NCBI GenBank assembly: GCA_963815115.1
Contig: CAWFFN010000005.1
Coordinates: 1,248,001 to 1,312,000, forward strand
Reading direction: 5' to 3'
DNA: 64,000 nucleotides
Origin: an uncultured delta proteobacterium
GTDB taxonomy: Bacteria > Desulfobacterota > Binatia > DP-6
The translations under genes were made by a program, and so were the position numbers. Positions 1 to 8,770 of the stretch are shown in pieces; position 1 is the first letter of the stretch; each line of letters starts with the position of its first letter. A model generated the notes under the pieces. It searched no databases, had not been told where the DNA came from, and was given only the letters and a program-made list of their open reading frames with translations.

Positions 1-2
1 AG

Positions 3-425
3 CCCAGCGATCTGCGCTGGCACACGATGATCCACGTGAGCCAGACCCCCGATGCGTGGAGCGAGTGGCTGCGCCAGGCGGGTGTCCCTGGACTGCGGCC
101 GAGGCGCAGCATCACCTACGACCATCTGTCGATCGCGTTGAGCGCGGCGGAGTCCGGTCACGGCGTCGCGCTGTCGAGCGACTTCCTGTGCGCACAGCGG
201 CTGGCGACAGGGCGACTCCGGGCGCCGTTCACGGTCCGGGCCCGCTCGGCGTCGACCTATCATCTCGTCTGTCGGCCGGAAGGGCTCGAGGATTCGCGGA
301 TCGTCGCATTCCGTGACTGGCTGGTCGAGGCGCTCGGCGAGGCAGAGCGGTTGCGTCCTGCGCAACCGCGCGTGCGGAGAAATCGTTTGCGTGGCTCCGC
401 GCCGCTCGGTAGCTGCCGTCCATGA
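3..425 (+). CDS. LysR-family (GcvA-like) transcriptional regulator, C-terminal substrate-binding domain; 5' part outside window
   Basis: W..W...AG, 'ALSAAESGHGVAL' and 'IVAFRDWL' motifs typical of GcvA/TrpI-type LTTRs; stop overlaps next start (ATGA). Confidence 0.85.
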   Translation, partial: PSDLRWHTMIHVSQTPDAWSEWLRQAGVPGLRPRRSITYDHLSIALSAAESGHGVALSSDFLCAQRLATGRLRAPFTVRARSASTYHLVCRPEGLEDSRIVAFRDWLVEALGEAERLRPAQPRVRRNRLRGSAPLGSCRP

Positions 426-1444
426 GGCAGCTCACGTGCAGCGCACCCAACACCATCGGATGGCAGGAGGTTCCCGAGCCGCGGCTCCAGGGAGACGACG
501 AGGCCCTCGTCCGTCCTCTCTCCGTCGCACGGTGTGACATCGACCTCTTCCTCACCTCCGGCCTGTTCCCGTCGCGCGGGCCCTTCGCGCTCGGCCACGA
601 GGGTGTCGCCGAGATCCTCGAGCTCGGGGATGCGGTACGCGGGCTGGAGGTTGGCCAGCGCGTCGTCGTCGCCTTCCAGGTGTCGTGCGGCACCTGCGGC
701 TCCTGCGCCGCGGGCCATACCGCGAACTGCGATCGCTATCCGGTGCTCTCCGACTACGGCATGCAGCCGCTCTCGGGCACCGAGTACGGCGGCATGCTCT
801 CGGACGTCCTCCGCGTCCCGCACGCGCAGGCGATGCTCGCACCGGTCGCCCCGGGCCTCGACCCGATCGCGCTCGGCAGCGTGTCCGACAACGTGCTCGA
901 CGGCTATCGCGCCGTCGCCCCGCACCTCGCGGCCCAGCCCGGGGCCGACGTCCTCATCGTGTGTCACGGTCTGAAGAGCGTCCCGCTCTACGCGGCACAG
1001 GCGGCGCTCGCCCTCGGCGCCGGGCGAGTCGACTACGCCAGTGACGACACCGAGGCGTTGGCGATCGCCGAGCGTCTCGGCGCTCGGCCCATTCGCACCG
1101 ACTTCGAGAAGCCTGAGCGGCGGTACCCGATCGTCGTCGACGCGGGACTCACGCCCAACGGTCTGCGCTACGCCGTGCGTGCCACAGCGCCTGAAGCCAC
1201 CTTGCAGAGCGTGAGCTTCTACGCCGGCGGCGACACGCCGATGCCGCTCGGCCGCCTGTACACGCTCGGCATCCGCTTCTTCACCGGCCGCGCCCACGCG
1301 GCGGCCCTGCTTCCCCAGGTGATGCCCCTCATCGAGGCAGGACGCCTGCGCCCCGCGGAGGTGACCACGCGTGTCGTCGACTGGGAGGAGGCGCCGGCGG
1401 CGTACGCGGAGCCGGCGATCAAGCTCGTGGTCCGCCGCGCATGA
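422..1444 (+). CDS. Zinc-dependent alcohol dehydrogenase (MDR superfamily)
   Basis: C-D-I-D catalytic Zn site, GHEG motif, structural Zn CGTCGSC...C. Confidence 0.9.
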   Translation: MRQLTCSAPNTIGWQEVPEPRLQGDDEALVRPLSVARCDIDLFLTSGLFPSRGPFALGHEGVAEILELGDAVRGLEVGQRVVVAFQVSCGTCGSCAAGHTANCDRYPVLSDYGMQPLSGTEYGGMLSDVLRVPHAQAMLAPVAPGLDPIALGSVSDNVLDGYRAVAPHLAAQPGADVLIVCHGLKSVPLYAAQAALALGAGRVDYASDDTEALAIAERLGARPIRTDFEKPERRYPIVVDAGLTPNGLRYAVRATAPEATLQSVSFYAGGDTPMPLGRLYTLGIRFFTGRAHAAALLPQVMPLIEAGRLRPAEVTTRVVDWEEAPAAYAEPAIKLVVRRA

Positions 1445-1529
1445 GCCGGGCACGCCCAGTGCAGCGCTCCCGCGCGACCGCGCTTTGATTCGCGCATGTC
1501 CGCGTGGCTTGATCGCCTCGGAGGTGCCC

Positions 1530-2384
1530 ATGGAGCAACTGAACTACGAGGAGTTCGTCCGCGAGCTCGAGGCTGATCCGCGTACGCTGGTGCGGGTGGA
1601 GCGCCCGCGACCGCATGCCGCCGTGCTTCGTGTCGACGACCCCACGAACATGAACGCGCTTTCGGGGCCCCTGACCGTGCAGCTCCGCCGGGCGCTCGCG
1701 GGCGCGCTCGGCGATCCGTCCGTGCGCGCCGTCGTGCTCACCGGCACCGGTCCGTTCTTCTCGGTGGGCGGCGACTGGAAGCTCATGCGCGACCGCGCGC
1801 ACACGGCGGAAGGACGTGACGAGGGCTCCGTCGGCATCTGGAAGTGGATCCGCTACCAGTTCGGTGGCATCGCGCGCCTCATCGCTCAGTCCGACACCCC
1901 GGTCGTCGTCGCGCTGAACGGCACCGTCGCCGGTGTCGCCCTCGCCTGGACGCTCTCGAGCGATCTCGTGGTCGCGTCCGACCGCGCGCAGCTCGTCCTC
2001 GCCTTCGGCCGCATCGGCCTCGTGCCCGAGGTCGGTACCAACTGGGCGCTCACGCGCCGGGTGGGACACCGCAAGGCCTTCGAGCTCTTCGTCCGCGGCG
2101 GCACCGTGGCCGCCGACGAGGCGCTCGCGCTCGGCCTCGTGAACCAGGTCGTCCCCCACGACGGCCTCCTCGATGCGGCGCTCGGGTGGTGCGATCGCAT
2201 CGTGCGCCTTCCCGAGCACGTGGTCTCGATGACGAAGCCCCTCATGCGGGCGGCGGCCGACATGAGCTGGCAGCACGCGATCTTGACGGAGGAGTTCGCC
2301 GAGCCGATGACGTTCACGACAGGCGCCCATCGCCGCGCGGTGGACGCGCTGCTGGCGAAGACCGAGCGGGCGGTCGAGCAGTAG
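1530..2384 (+). CDS. Enoyl-CoA hydratase/isomerase (crotonase family, PaaG-like)
   Basis: MNAL, FSVGGD, ALNG.VAG, GLVPE motifs; GGAGG RBS at ~1520 before ATG 1530. Confidence 0.88.
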   Translation: MEQLNYEEFVRELEADPRTLVRVERPRPHAAVLRVDDPTNMNALSGPLTVQLRRALAGALGDPSVRAVVLTGTGPFFSVGGDWKLMRDRAHTAEGRDEGSVGIWKWIRYQFGGIARLIAQSDTPVVVALNGTVAGVALAWTLSSDLVVASDRAQLVLAFGRIGLVPEVGTNWALTRRVGHRKAFELFVRGGTVAADEALALGLVNQVVPHDGLLDAALGWCDRIVRLPEHVVSMTKPLMRAAADMSWQHAILTEEFAEPMTFTTGAHRRAVDALLAKTERAVEQ

Positions 2385-2470
2385 GCCGCCGGGCGACCGT
2401 ACGTTCCCCGGTCGGTCACGATTGCCCACGCCGGGTCGAGCGCGTCGGTCTCTGTTGAACCCCGGATCCG

Positions 2471-2896
2471 CTACCCGTGGGGCTGGTCGACGGGTTCTCC
2501 GGCCGCCTTCCAGCCCTTGAGTCCGTCGACCATGACGCTCACGTCGGTGTACCCGGCTTCGACCGCCCGACGGGCAGCCGCGTGGGACGCCAGTCAATGG
2601 ATGTTCGCGCAGTAGAAGACCAGCCGGGCGTCCTTCCGAGGCGGCAACTCCTTCGCCACGTCGTACTTGTTGTCACTCGACAGGAGGACCGCGCCGGGAA
2701 TGACGCCCTCTCGCGCCCGGAAGTCCGGCGCGTTGGCGTCGAGCACCGTGACGGCCGCGTTCGGGGCGGCTCTCAGGGCGACGAGGTCGTTCACGTGGAT
2801 CAGCTTGAAGCCGTCGCCCGCTGGCGCCGCAGTCGCCGTCCCGCTCACGAATACGGCAAGCACGAATACGGCGGGCAACAGCCGAACGAGTCGCAT
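2471..2896 (-). CDS. Exported rhodanese-domain protein with in-frame TGA (probable selenocysteine, C-x4-U motif)
   Basis: Signal peptide, LDAN, GVIPGA, LVFYCANIH-TGA-LASHAAARRAVEAGYTDVSVMVDGLKGWKAAGEPV; the canonical rhodanese C-terminus lies after the TGA (2594-2596); TAG at 2471-2473. Confidence 0.8.
2560..2580 (-). promoter_or_regulatory. Candidate bacterial SECIS hairpin
   Basis: CGGCUGCCC-GUC-GGGCGGUCG stem-loop 14-34 nt 3' of the UGA, GU in the apical loop. Confidence 0.6.
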
Positions 2897-3006
2897 GTCC
2901 GGATCGTAGCTCGACCGTCGCTCTGGCACAACGAGAATACCCGGATGCCTCTCCTCCACGACCAGCCGCCGCCCGCGCTCGCGCGACTTGGCTTCGGCGG
3001 GAGACA

Positions 3007-3022
3007 TGGCTAGACCCTTGCA
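3007..3022 (+). promoter_or_regulatory. Putative sigma-54 (-24/-12) promoter
   Basis: TGGCTAG-ACCC-TTGCA (GG-N10-GC) ~40 nt before ATG 3065. Confidence 0.45.
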
Positions 3023-3064
3023 CGCTCCAGTTGCCGACAACTCGTAGGAAAGAGGGATTAGATC

Positions 3065-4207
3065 ATGCCGATTTCGCGCTCCATCTTCCGGTCGATCGGT
3101 GCAGGGCTGGCGATCATGCTCGCTGCCTCGGGCCCCGCATCGGGCGCTGACGCCGCCGTGACGTGTAGCGCCGCCAAGGGCAAGGCGGCGGGGACGAAGG
3201 TCGACGGGAAACTCGCCTGCGCGGCCAGGGCCGCAATCAAGGGTGAGGCCGCAGATCCTCTGTGCCTGGCGAAGGCGGAGCACCGGTTCGAGCGTGCCTT
3301 CGAGAAGGCGGAAGACAACGCGCAATCCAGCGGCGGCTGCGCGACGGTCGGCGACGCGGCGGAGGTCGAGGCGCTGGTCGACGCGTGCGTGAACGACGTC
3401 CGGAGCCGCCTCGGCGTCGCGGGCGCAGCGCAGGCCGCCTCGAGGTGTACGGCCGACAAGCTGCGTGCCACGGGAACGGCCGTGAATGGCAGTCTGGTGT
3501 GCTGGGCCAAGGCGGCGGCGCGTGGGGCAGCCGTCGACTCCGACTGTCTGGCGAGGGCAGCGGCGAGATACGGCAACGGCTTCGCGAGGGCGGAATCGAG
3601 GGGCGACTGCCTCACGACCGGCGATGCGGCGGCGGTCTTCACGGCGGTCGACGACTGCGTCGCTGCCATCGTCCCGGCACTGGGCGGCTCATCGACGACC
3701 ACCACCATCACGAGCCCCGCCTCGACCACGACGACACTCGCGTGCGGCACCGAGCCGGCGGCGGTCCGAGGCGTCACGGCACGGCACAACCAGGTGCGCG
3801 CGAGCGCGACGCCGGCGCCCAACCCTCCGCTGAACCCGCTCTGCTACAGCACGACCGTGCAGGCGACGGCGCAGGCGTGGGCCGATCGCTGCCACTACGA
3901 GCACAACACCGCGCTGCGCGGTGTCTACGGCGAGAACATCGCTGCCTACGGATCGGCTTCCGGTACGGTGGTGGGCGCGGCCGGGCTCTGGGCTGCCGAG
4001 GCGCCGAACTACACCTACTCCAACAATCGCTGCTCCGGCGTCTGCGGCCACTACACCCAGATGGTCTGGCGGTCGACGCAGCGGCTGGGGTGCGGGATCA
4101 AGGTGTGCACGACGGGATCGCCCTTCGGGCACGACTACCCGACGTGGACCTTCATCGTCTGCGACTACGATCCGCCGGGGAACTGGGTGGGGCAGAAGCC
4201 GTACTGA
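3065..4207 (+). CDS. Secreted CAP/SCP (PR-1-like) domain protein with two N-terminal Cys-paired helical repeats and a Thr linker
   Basis: Signal peptide; HN..R, GENIA, CGHYTQMVW, LGCG, VCDYDPPGN CAP motifs; repeats C..AK.KAAG.K...C...AA..G..D..CL.KA. Confidence 0.88.
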   Translation: MPISRSIFRSIGAGLAIMLAASGPASGADAAVTCSAAKGKAAGTKVDGKLACAARAAIKGEAADPLCLAKAEHRFERAFEKAEDNAQSSGGCATVGDAAEVEALVDACVNDVRSRLGVAGAAQAASRCTADKLRATGTAVNGSLVCWAKAAARGAAVDSDCLARAAARYGNGFARAESRGDCLTTGDAAAVFTAVDDCVAAIVPALGGSSTTTTITSPASTTTTLACGTEPAAVRGVTARHNQVRASATPAPNPPLNPLCYSTTVQATAQAWADRCHYEHNTALRGVYGENIAAYGSASGTVVGAAGLWAAEAPNYTYSNNRCSGVCGHYTQMVWRSTQRLGCGIKVCTTGSPFGHDYPTWTFIVCDYDPPGNWVGQKPY

Positions 4208-4507
4208 CCGGGGTACGCAGCTTGCCGCGTGCGACCGATGGCAGCGACATGCCATGGGGGGGAAGTCCACATGCGCGGCTCGCGAGGACGTCTGGGCGGT
4301 TCCAGTGTGCTCCTGTCGGGTGCGTTCCCGGTCGTGTGGGCCGCCGGCGCTCGGGCGCAGGTGCCCTTCGAGGGTGGGACCGCAGATCGCCGGCGCTCGT
4401 CTCCAGCACTGCGCCGGACCGGCCATGCATTGCCGACGCGGAGCGTCGCCCACCCGTGGCCAACGCGGCTCCCGGAGGTGTCCCGCCGTCGGCCCGTGGC
4501 GGCCGGG

Positions 4508-4897
4508 TCAGTAGCCGGCGAGGAGCAGCCCCGCCGCGAGCACGAGGCCGGTGGCGCCCATGGCATGGAGCACCCGCGGATCCATCGCACGCGCCCGCGC
4601 TCCGGACATCGCCGCGCGACGATCATCCGTGACGACGACGTAGTCCGCCAGCGCGACCACCGCGGTGAGGCACAGCCCCAAGGCAAGTGGCCCGCGTCGA
4701 TGCTGGAAGGCGATCACGGCGAGGAGCCCGCCGATCACGACGTCCCGCGCGCCCATCGCGCGAATGAACGCGAGCCCTCGCGGATCGTCGAGCACGATCC
4801 CGTACAGCACAGCCGATCGGCGTGGCGCCGCGAGTGCCCCGAAACCGACCGCGACGAGGGAGATGATGACCGCCGCCGACAACGCCCATCCGAGCAT
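4508..4897 (-). CDS. Small membrane protein (DUF4267-like)
   Basis: Four hydrophobic segments, 'G.RD' motif, A-D in TM3 and His in TM4. Confidence 0.7.
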   Translation of the reverse strand: MLGWALSAAVIISLVAVGFGALAAPRRSAVLYGIVLDDPRGLAFIRAMGARDVVIGGLLAVIAFQHRRGPLALGLCLTAVVALADYVVVTDDRRAAMSGARARAMDPRVLHAMGATGLVLAAGLLLAGY

Positions 4898-5152
4898 CGG
4901 CCCCGGGGTATCAGAGCCGCGACCTGCGGTCACGACAGCTCCGGTAGTTCCGGCGCAGTATCCCGGCCGGCGCCGTGAGATGCCGCTCGACCGGCCCTCG
5001 GCGATCCCGAGCAGCACCCGAGCGCACGCTGCACCGGCGTGCCGTCGTGCCGCGGTCATCTGGGGCGTGTCCGCGGTGAGCACCGACCCGCCGTCGGACC
5101 TCGCCGGCCGCGGCGCGACTTCGTTGCCCGTGCCGTGATAGGAGGTGGTCCC

Positions 5153-6541
5153 ATGCAGGCCGCCGCAGCTCCGCTGCCGGGCGTCGGATCGCCGCTCCCG
5201 CCCGGACCGCGCACGCCGCGCCTCTGGCAGAGCCTCTCCTACGCCCTCCGGCCCTATGCCACCGTCGAGTCCGCGCGACCGTGGGGTGACCGGTATACCG
5301 TCGAGGCCATCGGCACGCGCGGGAAGCTCGTCGTGTTCTCGGATCCCGAGGCCGTCAGGGACATCTTCGGCAGCGACGGCGATACGCTCCGCGCCGGCGA
5401 GGCCACCGGTGCGATCCTCGGTCCCCTCATCGGCTGGCACTCGCTTCTCGTCCTCGACGGGGAGCGGCATCTGCATGAGCGGCGACTGATGAGCCCGCCG
5501 TTCCACGGCGAGCGCATGCACGTCTACGGCCGCCTCATGCGCGACATCGCGGTGCGCGCGATCGCGCGCTGGCCGGTGGGCCAGCCATTCCCGATCCATC
5601 GCGAGATGCAGGCGATCACGCTCGACGTCATCATCCGCGCGGTGTTCGGCGTCGATCAAGATGCGCTGTTCACGAAATTCCGCGCCGAGGTCGCACGCTT
5701 CGTCGCGCAGGTGAACGGCCCCTCGGCATCGTTCATCGCACTGCACCCGTTCCAGGTCGATCTGGGTCGCTTCTCGCCCTGGGGCCGGTTCGTGCGCAAC
5801 CGCCAGGTGATCAGGGACAGCGTGCTCGCCGAGATCAAGCGCCGGCGCGGCGATGGCGTGGCGGGGCGCACGGACATTCTGTCGCTCCTCCTCGAGGCCC
5901 ACGACGAGCACGGCGAGCCGATGCAGGACGACGAGCTGGTCGACGAGATGTTCACCTTGCTGATGGCCGGGCACGAGACCACCGCGACCTCGCTCGCCTG
6001 GGTCGTCTGGCACCTGCTCAACCATCCCGGGGTGATGGCGAGGCTGCGCGAGGAGATCGCGCGGGTGACCGGTGGTGCGGACCTTGAGGCGGAGCATCTC
6101 CCCCGCCTCGAGTACCTCGATGCGGTCATCAAGGAGTCGATGCGCTTGACACCTGTCGCGACCATGGTCGCCCGCCGGCTCCACGCGCCCGCGCGCGTCG
6201 GCGGCCTCGACCTCCCGGCCGGAACGAGCGTCGGCGCGAACATCTACATGGCGCACCGCCGGCCGGAGGCCTGGCCGAACCCCGAGCAATTCGACCCCTC
6301 CCGCTTCCTGGGTGCCCGTCCCAATCCGTTCACCTTCTTCCCCTTCGGCGGCGGCGTCCGGCGCTGCCTCGGCGCGGCCATCGCGACCTACGAGATGAAG
6401 ACGGTCCTGCCCGAGATCCTGTCACGGGTCGACCTCCGCATCGCGCCCGGCTACCGCATGCGGCCGGTCCTCCGCGCTGTCACGATCGCGCCGTCGCGCG
6501 GGATGCCGGTCGTCGTGGAGCGCCGGCGCCAACCCGGGTAA
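5153..6541 (+). CDS. Cytochrome P450
   Basis: AGHETT I-helix, E-x-x-R, FPFGGGVRRCLG heme motif; GGAGG RBS. Confidence 0.95.
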   Translation: MQAAAAPLPGVGSPLPPGPRTPRLWQSLSYALRPYATVESARPWGDRYTVEAIGTRGKLVVFSDPEAVRDIFGSDGDTLRAGEATGAILGPLIGWHSLLVLDGERHLHERRLMSPPFHGERMHVYGRLMRDIAVRAIARWPVGQPFPIHREMQAITLDVIIRAVFGVDQDALFTKFRAEVARFVAQVNGPSASFIALHPFQVDLGRFSPWGRFVRNRQVIRDSVLAEIKRRRGDGVAGRTDILSLLLEAHDEHGEPMQDDELVDEMFTLLMAGHETTATSLAWVVWHLLNHPGVMARLREEIARVTGGADLEAEHLPRLEYLDAVIKESMRLTPVATMVARRLHAPARVGGLDLPAGTSVGANIYMAHRRPEAWPNPEQFDPSRFLGARPNPFTFFPFGGGVRRCLGAAIATYEMKTVLPEILSRVDLRIAPGYRMRPVLRAVTIAPSRGMPVVVERRRQPG

Positions 6542-6636
6542 CGCCGCGCTCGCCCGTGATCGTCCCGGTGGCGCCAGCGGCCGGAGCGCGCGCATCAACT
6601 CAAAGGATACATCCCGCTGCCATCACTCGGCTCTGC

Positions 6637-6822
6637 TCACGCCTTCTTGTTCTTCGATCCCGGCGGACGGCCGGGGCCACGGCGACGCCTGCGACGGCGG
6701 CGGCCGTTCTTCGGCTTCGTCTTCCTCGGGGAGACGCTTCCGAGTAACGCCTGGATCGCAGAGCGCACCTCCTGTTGCACCATGTCCCGGATGATCGTCA
6801 GCAAACTCTTCTGTCTCGGCAT
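6637..6822 (-). CDS. Small highly basic protein with AT-hook-like C-terminus
   Basis: 61 aa; amphipathic N-terminal helix, R8 run, GPGRPPGSKNKK; AAAGGA RBS upstream. Confidence 0.65.
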   Translation of the reverse strand: MPRQKSLLTIIRDMVQQEVRSAIQALLGSVSPRKTKPKNGRRRRRRRRGPGRPPGSKNKKA

Positions 6823-6942
6823 CGAGTCATCCTTTCGGGCGGCAGATACACGAATGGGCGATCATCGGCAAAGGCAGTGAGACAGGCGAGCCAGCTTCAG
6901 GAGAACATGCAGGCGGTACCACAGCCACAGCGGCGCGCCCGA

Positions 6943-7671
6943 CTACCAGCGGCCGAAATGAGAGCCGCCATCGACGTACAGGATGTGACCGGTGACCGTC
7001 GCGGCATCCGTGAGGTACATGACCGCGTCCGTGATGTCCTTCACCGTCGAGGGCCGACCCATCGGCGACAGGCTCTCCATCACGTCCTGCGGAGTCTCCC
7101 GGTGAAGCGGCGTGTAGACGACGCCAGGCGCGACGGCGTTCACCCGGATGCCGTCTTGCGCGTACTCCATCGCAAGGTGCTGGGTGACCGTCTCAAGACC
7201 GCCTTTGGTGACCATGGGCACGGCCGCCGTGACGCCCCGGATCGGGTTGCGAGCAAGGGCCGCCGTGATCGTGACGATGCTCCCGCCGGTCTTCTGCGCC
7301 AACATGTGCTTGATGGAGAGCTGGGTGACGTACAGGAAGCCCTCGATGTTCGTCGAGACGAGCGACCTGAAGTCCTCGGCCGTGTAGTCGGTGAACGGCT
7401 TGGTGAAGAAGATGCCGGCGTTGTTGACCAGTGCGTCGATCGACTTGAAGCGCGACAGCGCCGTCTCGACGATCCTGGCGGCAGTTGCCGGCTCGCCGAT
7501 GTGGCCGTCCACCAGAGCGACGTGGTCGGAAGCCGCGACCTCGCCGGACTGGGTCATCTTGCGGGAATTGGCAACCACGTTGAAACCGCGTTCGACAAAC
7601 CCTTTCACGATTCCCGCGCCTATCCCCTGCGAAGCTCCGGTCACCAGGGCAGTCTTCCGTGGGTCGCTCAT
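6943..7671 (-). CDS. Short-chain dehydrogenase/reductase
   Basis: TGASQGIG, NNAG, VNAVAPG, VDGG. Confidence 0.92.
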   Translation of the reverse strand: MSDPRKTALVTGASQGIGAGIVKGFVERGFNVVANSRKMTQSGEVAASDHVALVDGHIGEPATAARIVETALSRFKSIDALVNNAGIFFTKPFTDYTAEDFRSLVSTNIEGFLYVTQLSIKHMLAQKTGGSIVTITAALARNPIRGVTAAVPMVTKGGLETVTQHLAMEYAQDGIRVNAVAPGVVYTPLHRETPQDVMESLSPMGRPSTVKDITDAVMYLTDAATVTGHILYVDGGSHFGRW

Positions 7672-7738
7672 CGTCGTTTAGCCCTCGAAGCCGATCGCCC
7701 AGAGATGAGCAGAACCCGGCATCATGGAATTTGTGGGC

Positions 7739-8725
7739 CTACTGTTTGTTCGACATGAAACCGCGAACGAGGTCGGCAATCTCATCGGCGGCGGTATCCA
7801 GGGCGAAGTGCCCCGCATCGAGGAGGTGAACCTGGGCCTTCGGAACGTCACGGTGGTACGCCTCGGGCTCCGTCAGCTCAAACGACAGGTCGTACTTTCC
7901 CCAGAGCACCAGCAGGCGCGGCTGGGTCTTTTGCATCCATGCCTGCCATTTCGGGTAGGCGTCCACGTTGGTGCGGTAGTCGTAGAACAGATCGCTCTGG
8001 ATGTCGGCCTCTCCTGGCTTGTTCAGGAACGCGTATTCGTCGGTCCAGAGATCGGGATCGTACTTCTCGGGGTTCGGGTCGTTGCCGACGTGACGCGTCC
8101 GCGTGGTGTCCAGAGAGAGCAGGTTGGTCCGCAGCGCAGCCTCGTGTGAGGTGCGGTCCGCCCAGAACGCACGCCTCGTCTTCCAGTTGTCGCCGAGCCC
8201 TTCGTTGTGGGCGACGGCATCCTGAACGATCAGGGCTTCGACGCGATCCGGGTGAGCGAGCGCCATCCGAAAGCCGACCGGTCCGCCGTAGTCCTGCATG
8301 TAAAGGGTGTACCTGGTCAGGTTCAACGCCTCGGTGAAGTGATCCATCACCTTGGCGATGCTGTCGAAGGTGTACGAGAACTCCTTCGGTGTCGGCGCGT
8401 CGCTGTGCCCGAAGCCCGGATAGTCGGGAGCGACCATGTGAAACTGGCCCGCCAGCCGCCCGAGCAGCGGCTCGAACATGCGCGACGACGACGGAAGGCC
8501 GTGAAGCAGCAGCATGGTCGGGGCGTCGTTCGGCCCGGCTTCGCGGTAGAAGATGGAGAGGCCGTCCACGTTCACCGTACGGTACGAGACATGCTGCGCC
8601 ATCGCAGGCTCCTTCGACTGGGCGGCGAGCATGTTGCCGGACAGAATGGACACGGCGACCAGACCGGGCCACGTCATCCTCGGGGAGAACATGTCACGTA
8701 CCCTCGGCGGCAAAAGCGTCATCAA
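7739..8725 (-). CDS. Alpha/beta hydrolase (epoxide hydrolase/haloalkane dehalogenase-like)
   Basis: LLHGLPSS, DYPGFGHSD, QDYGGP nucleophile elbow, GHFALD; start uncertain. Confidence 0.9.
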   Translation of the reverse strand: MMTLLPPRVRDMFSPRMTWPGLVAVSILSGNMLAAQSKEPAMAQHVSYRTVNVDGLSIFYREAGPNDAPTMLLLHGLPSSSRMFEPLLGRLAGQFHMVAPDYPGFGHSDAPTPKEFSYTFDSIAKVMDHFTEALNLTRYTLYMQDYGGPVGFRMALAHPDRVEALIVQDAVAHNEGLGDNWKTRRAFWADRTSHEAALRTNLLSLDTTRTRHVGNDPNPEKYDPDLWTDEYAFLNKPGEADIQSDLFYDYRTNVDAYPKWQAWMQKTQPRLLVLWGKYDLSFELTEPEAYHRDVPKAQVHLLDAGHFALDTAADEIADLVRGFMSNKQ

Positions 8726-8770
8726 TCATGGCCGGTGAGATGTGGTCCGAGTAACCGCCGACGACCTTGG

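Noticed and set aside
4271-4400. Signal-peptide-like start MRGSRGRLGGSSVLLSGAFPVVWAAGARAQVPF
   Set aside because: It degenerates into the antisense of the next gene; may be a relic but cannot be supported
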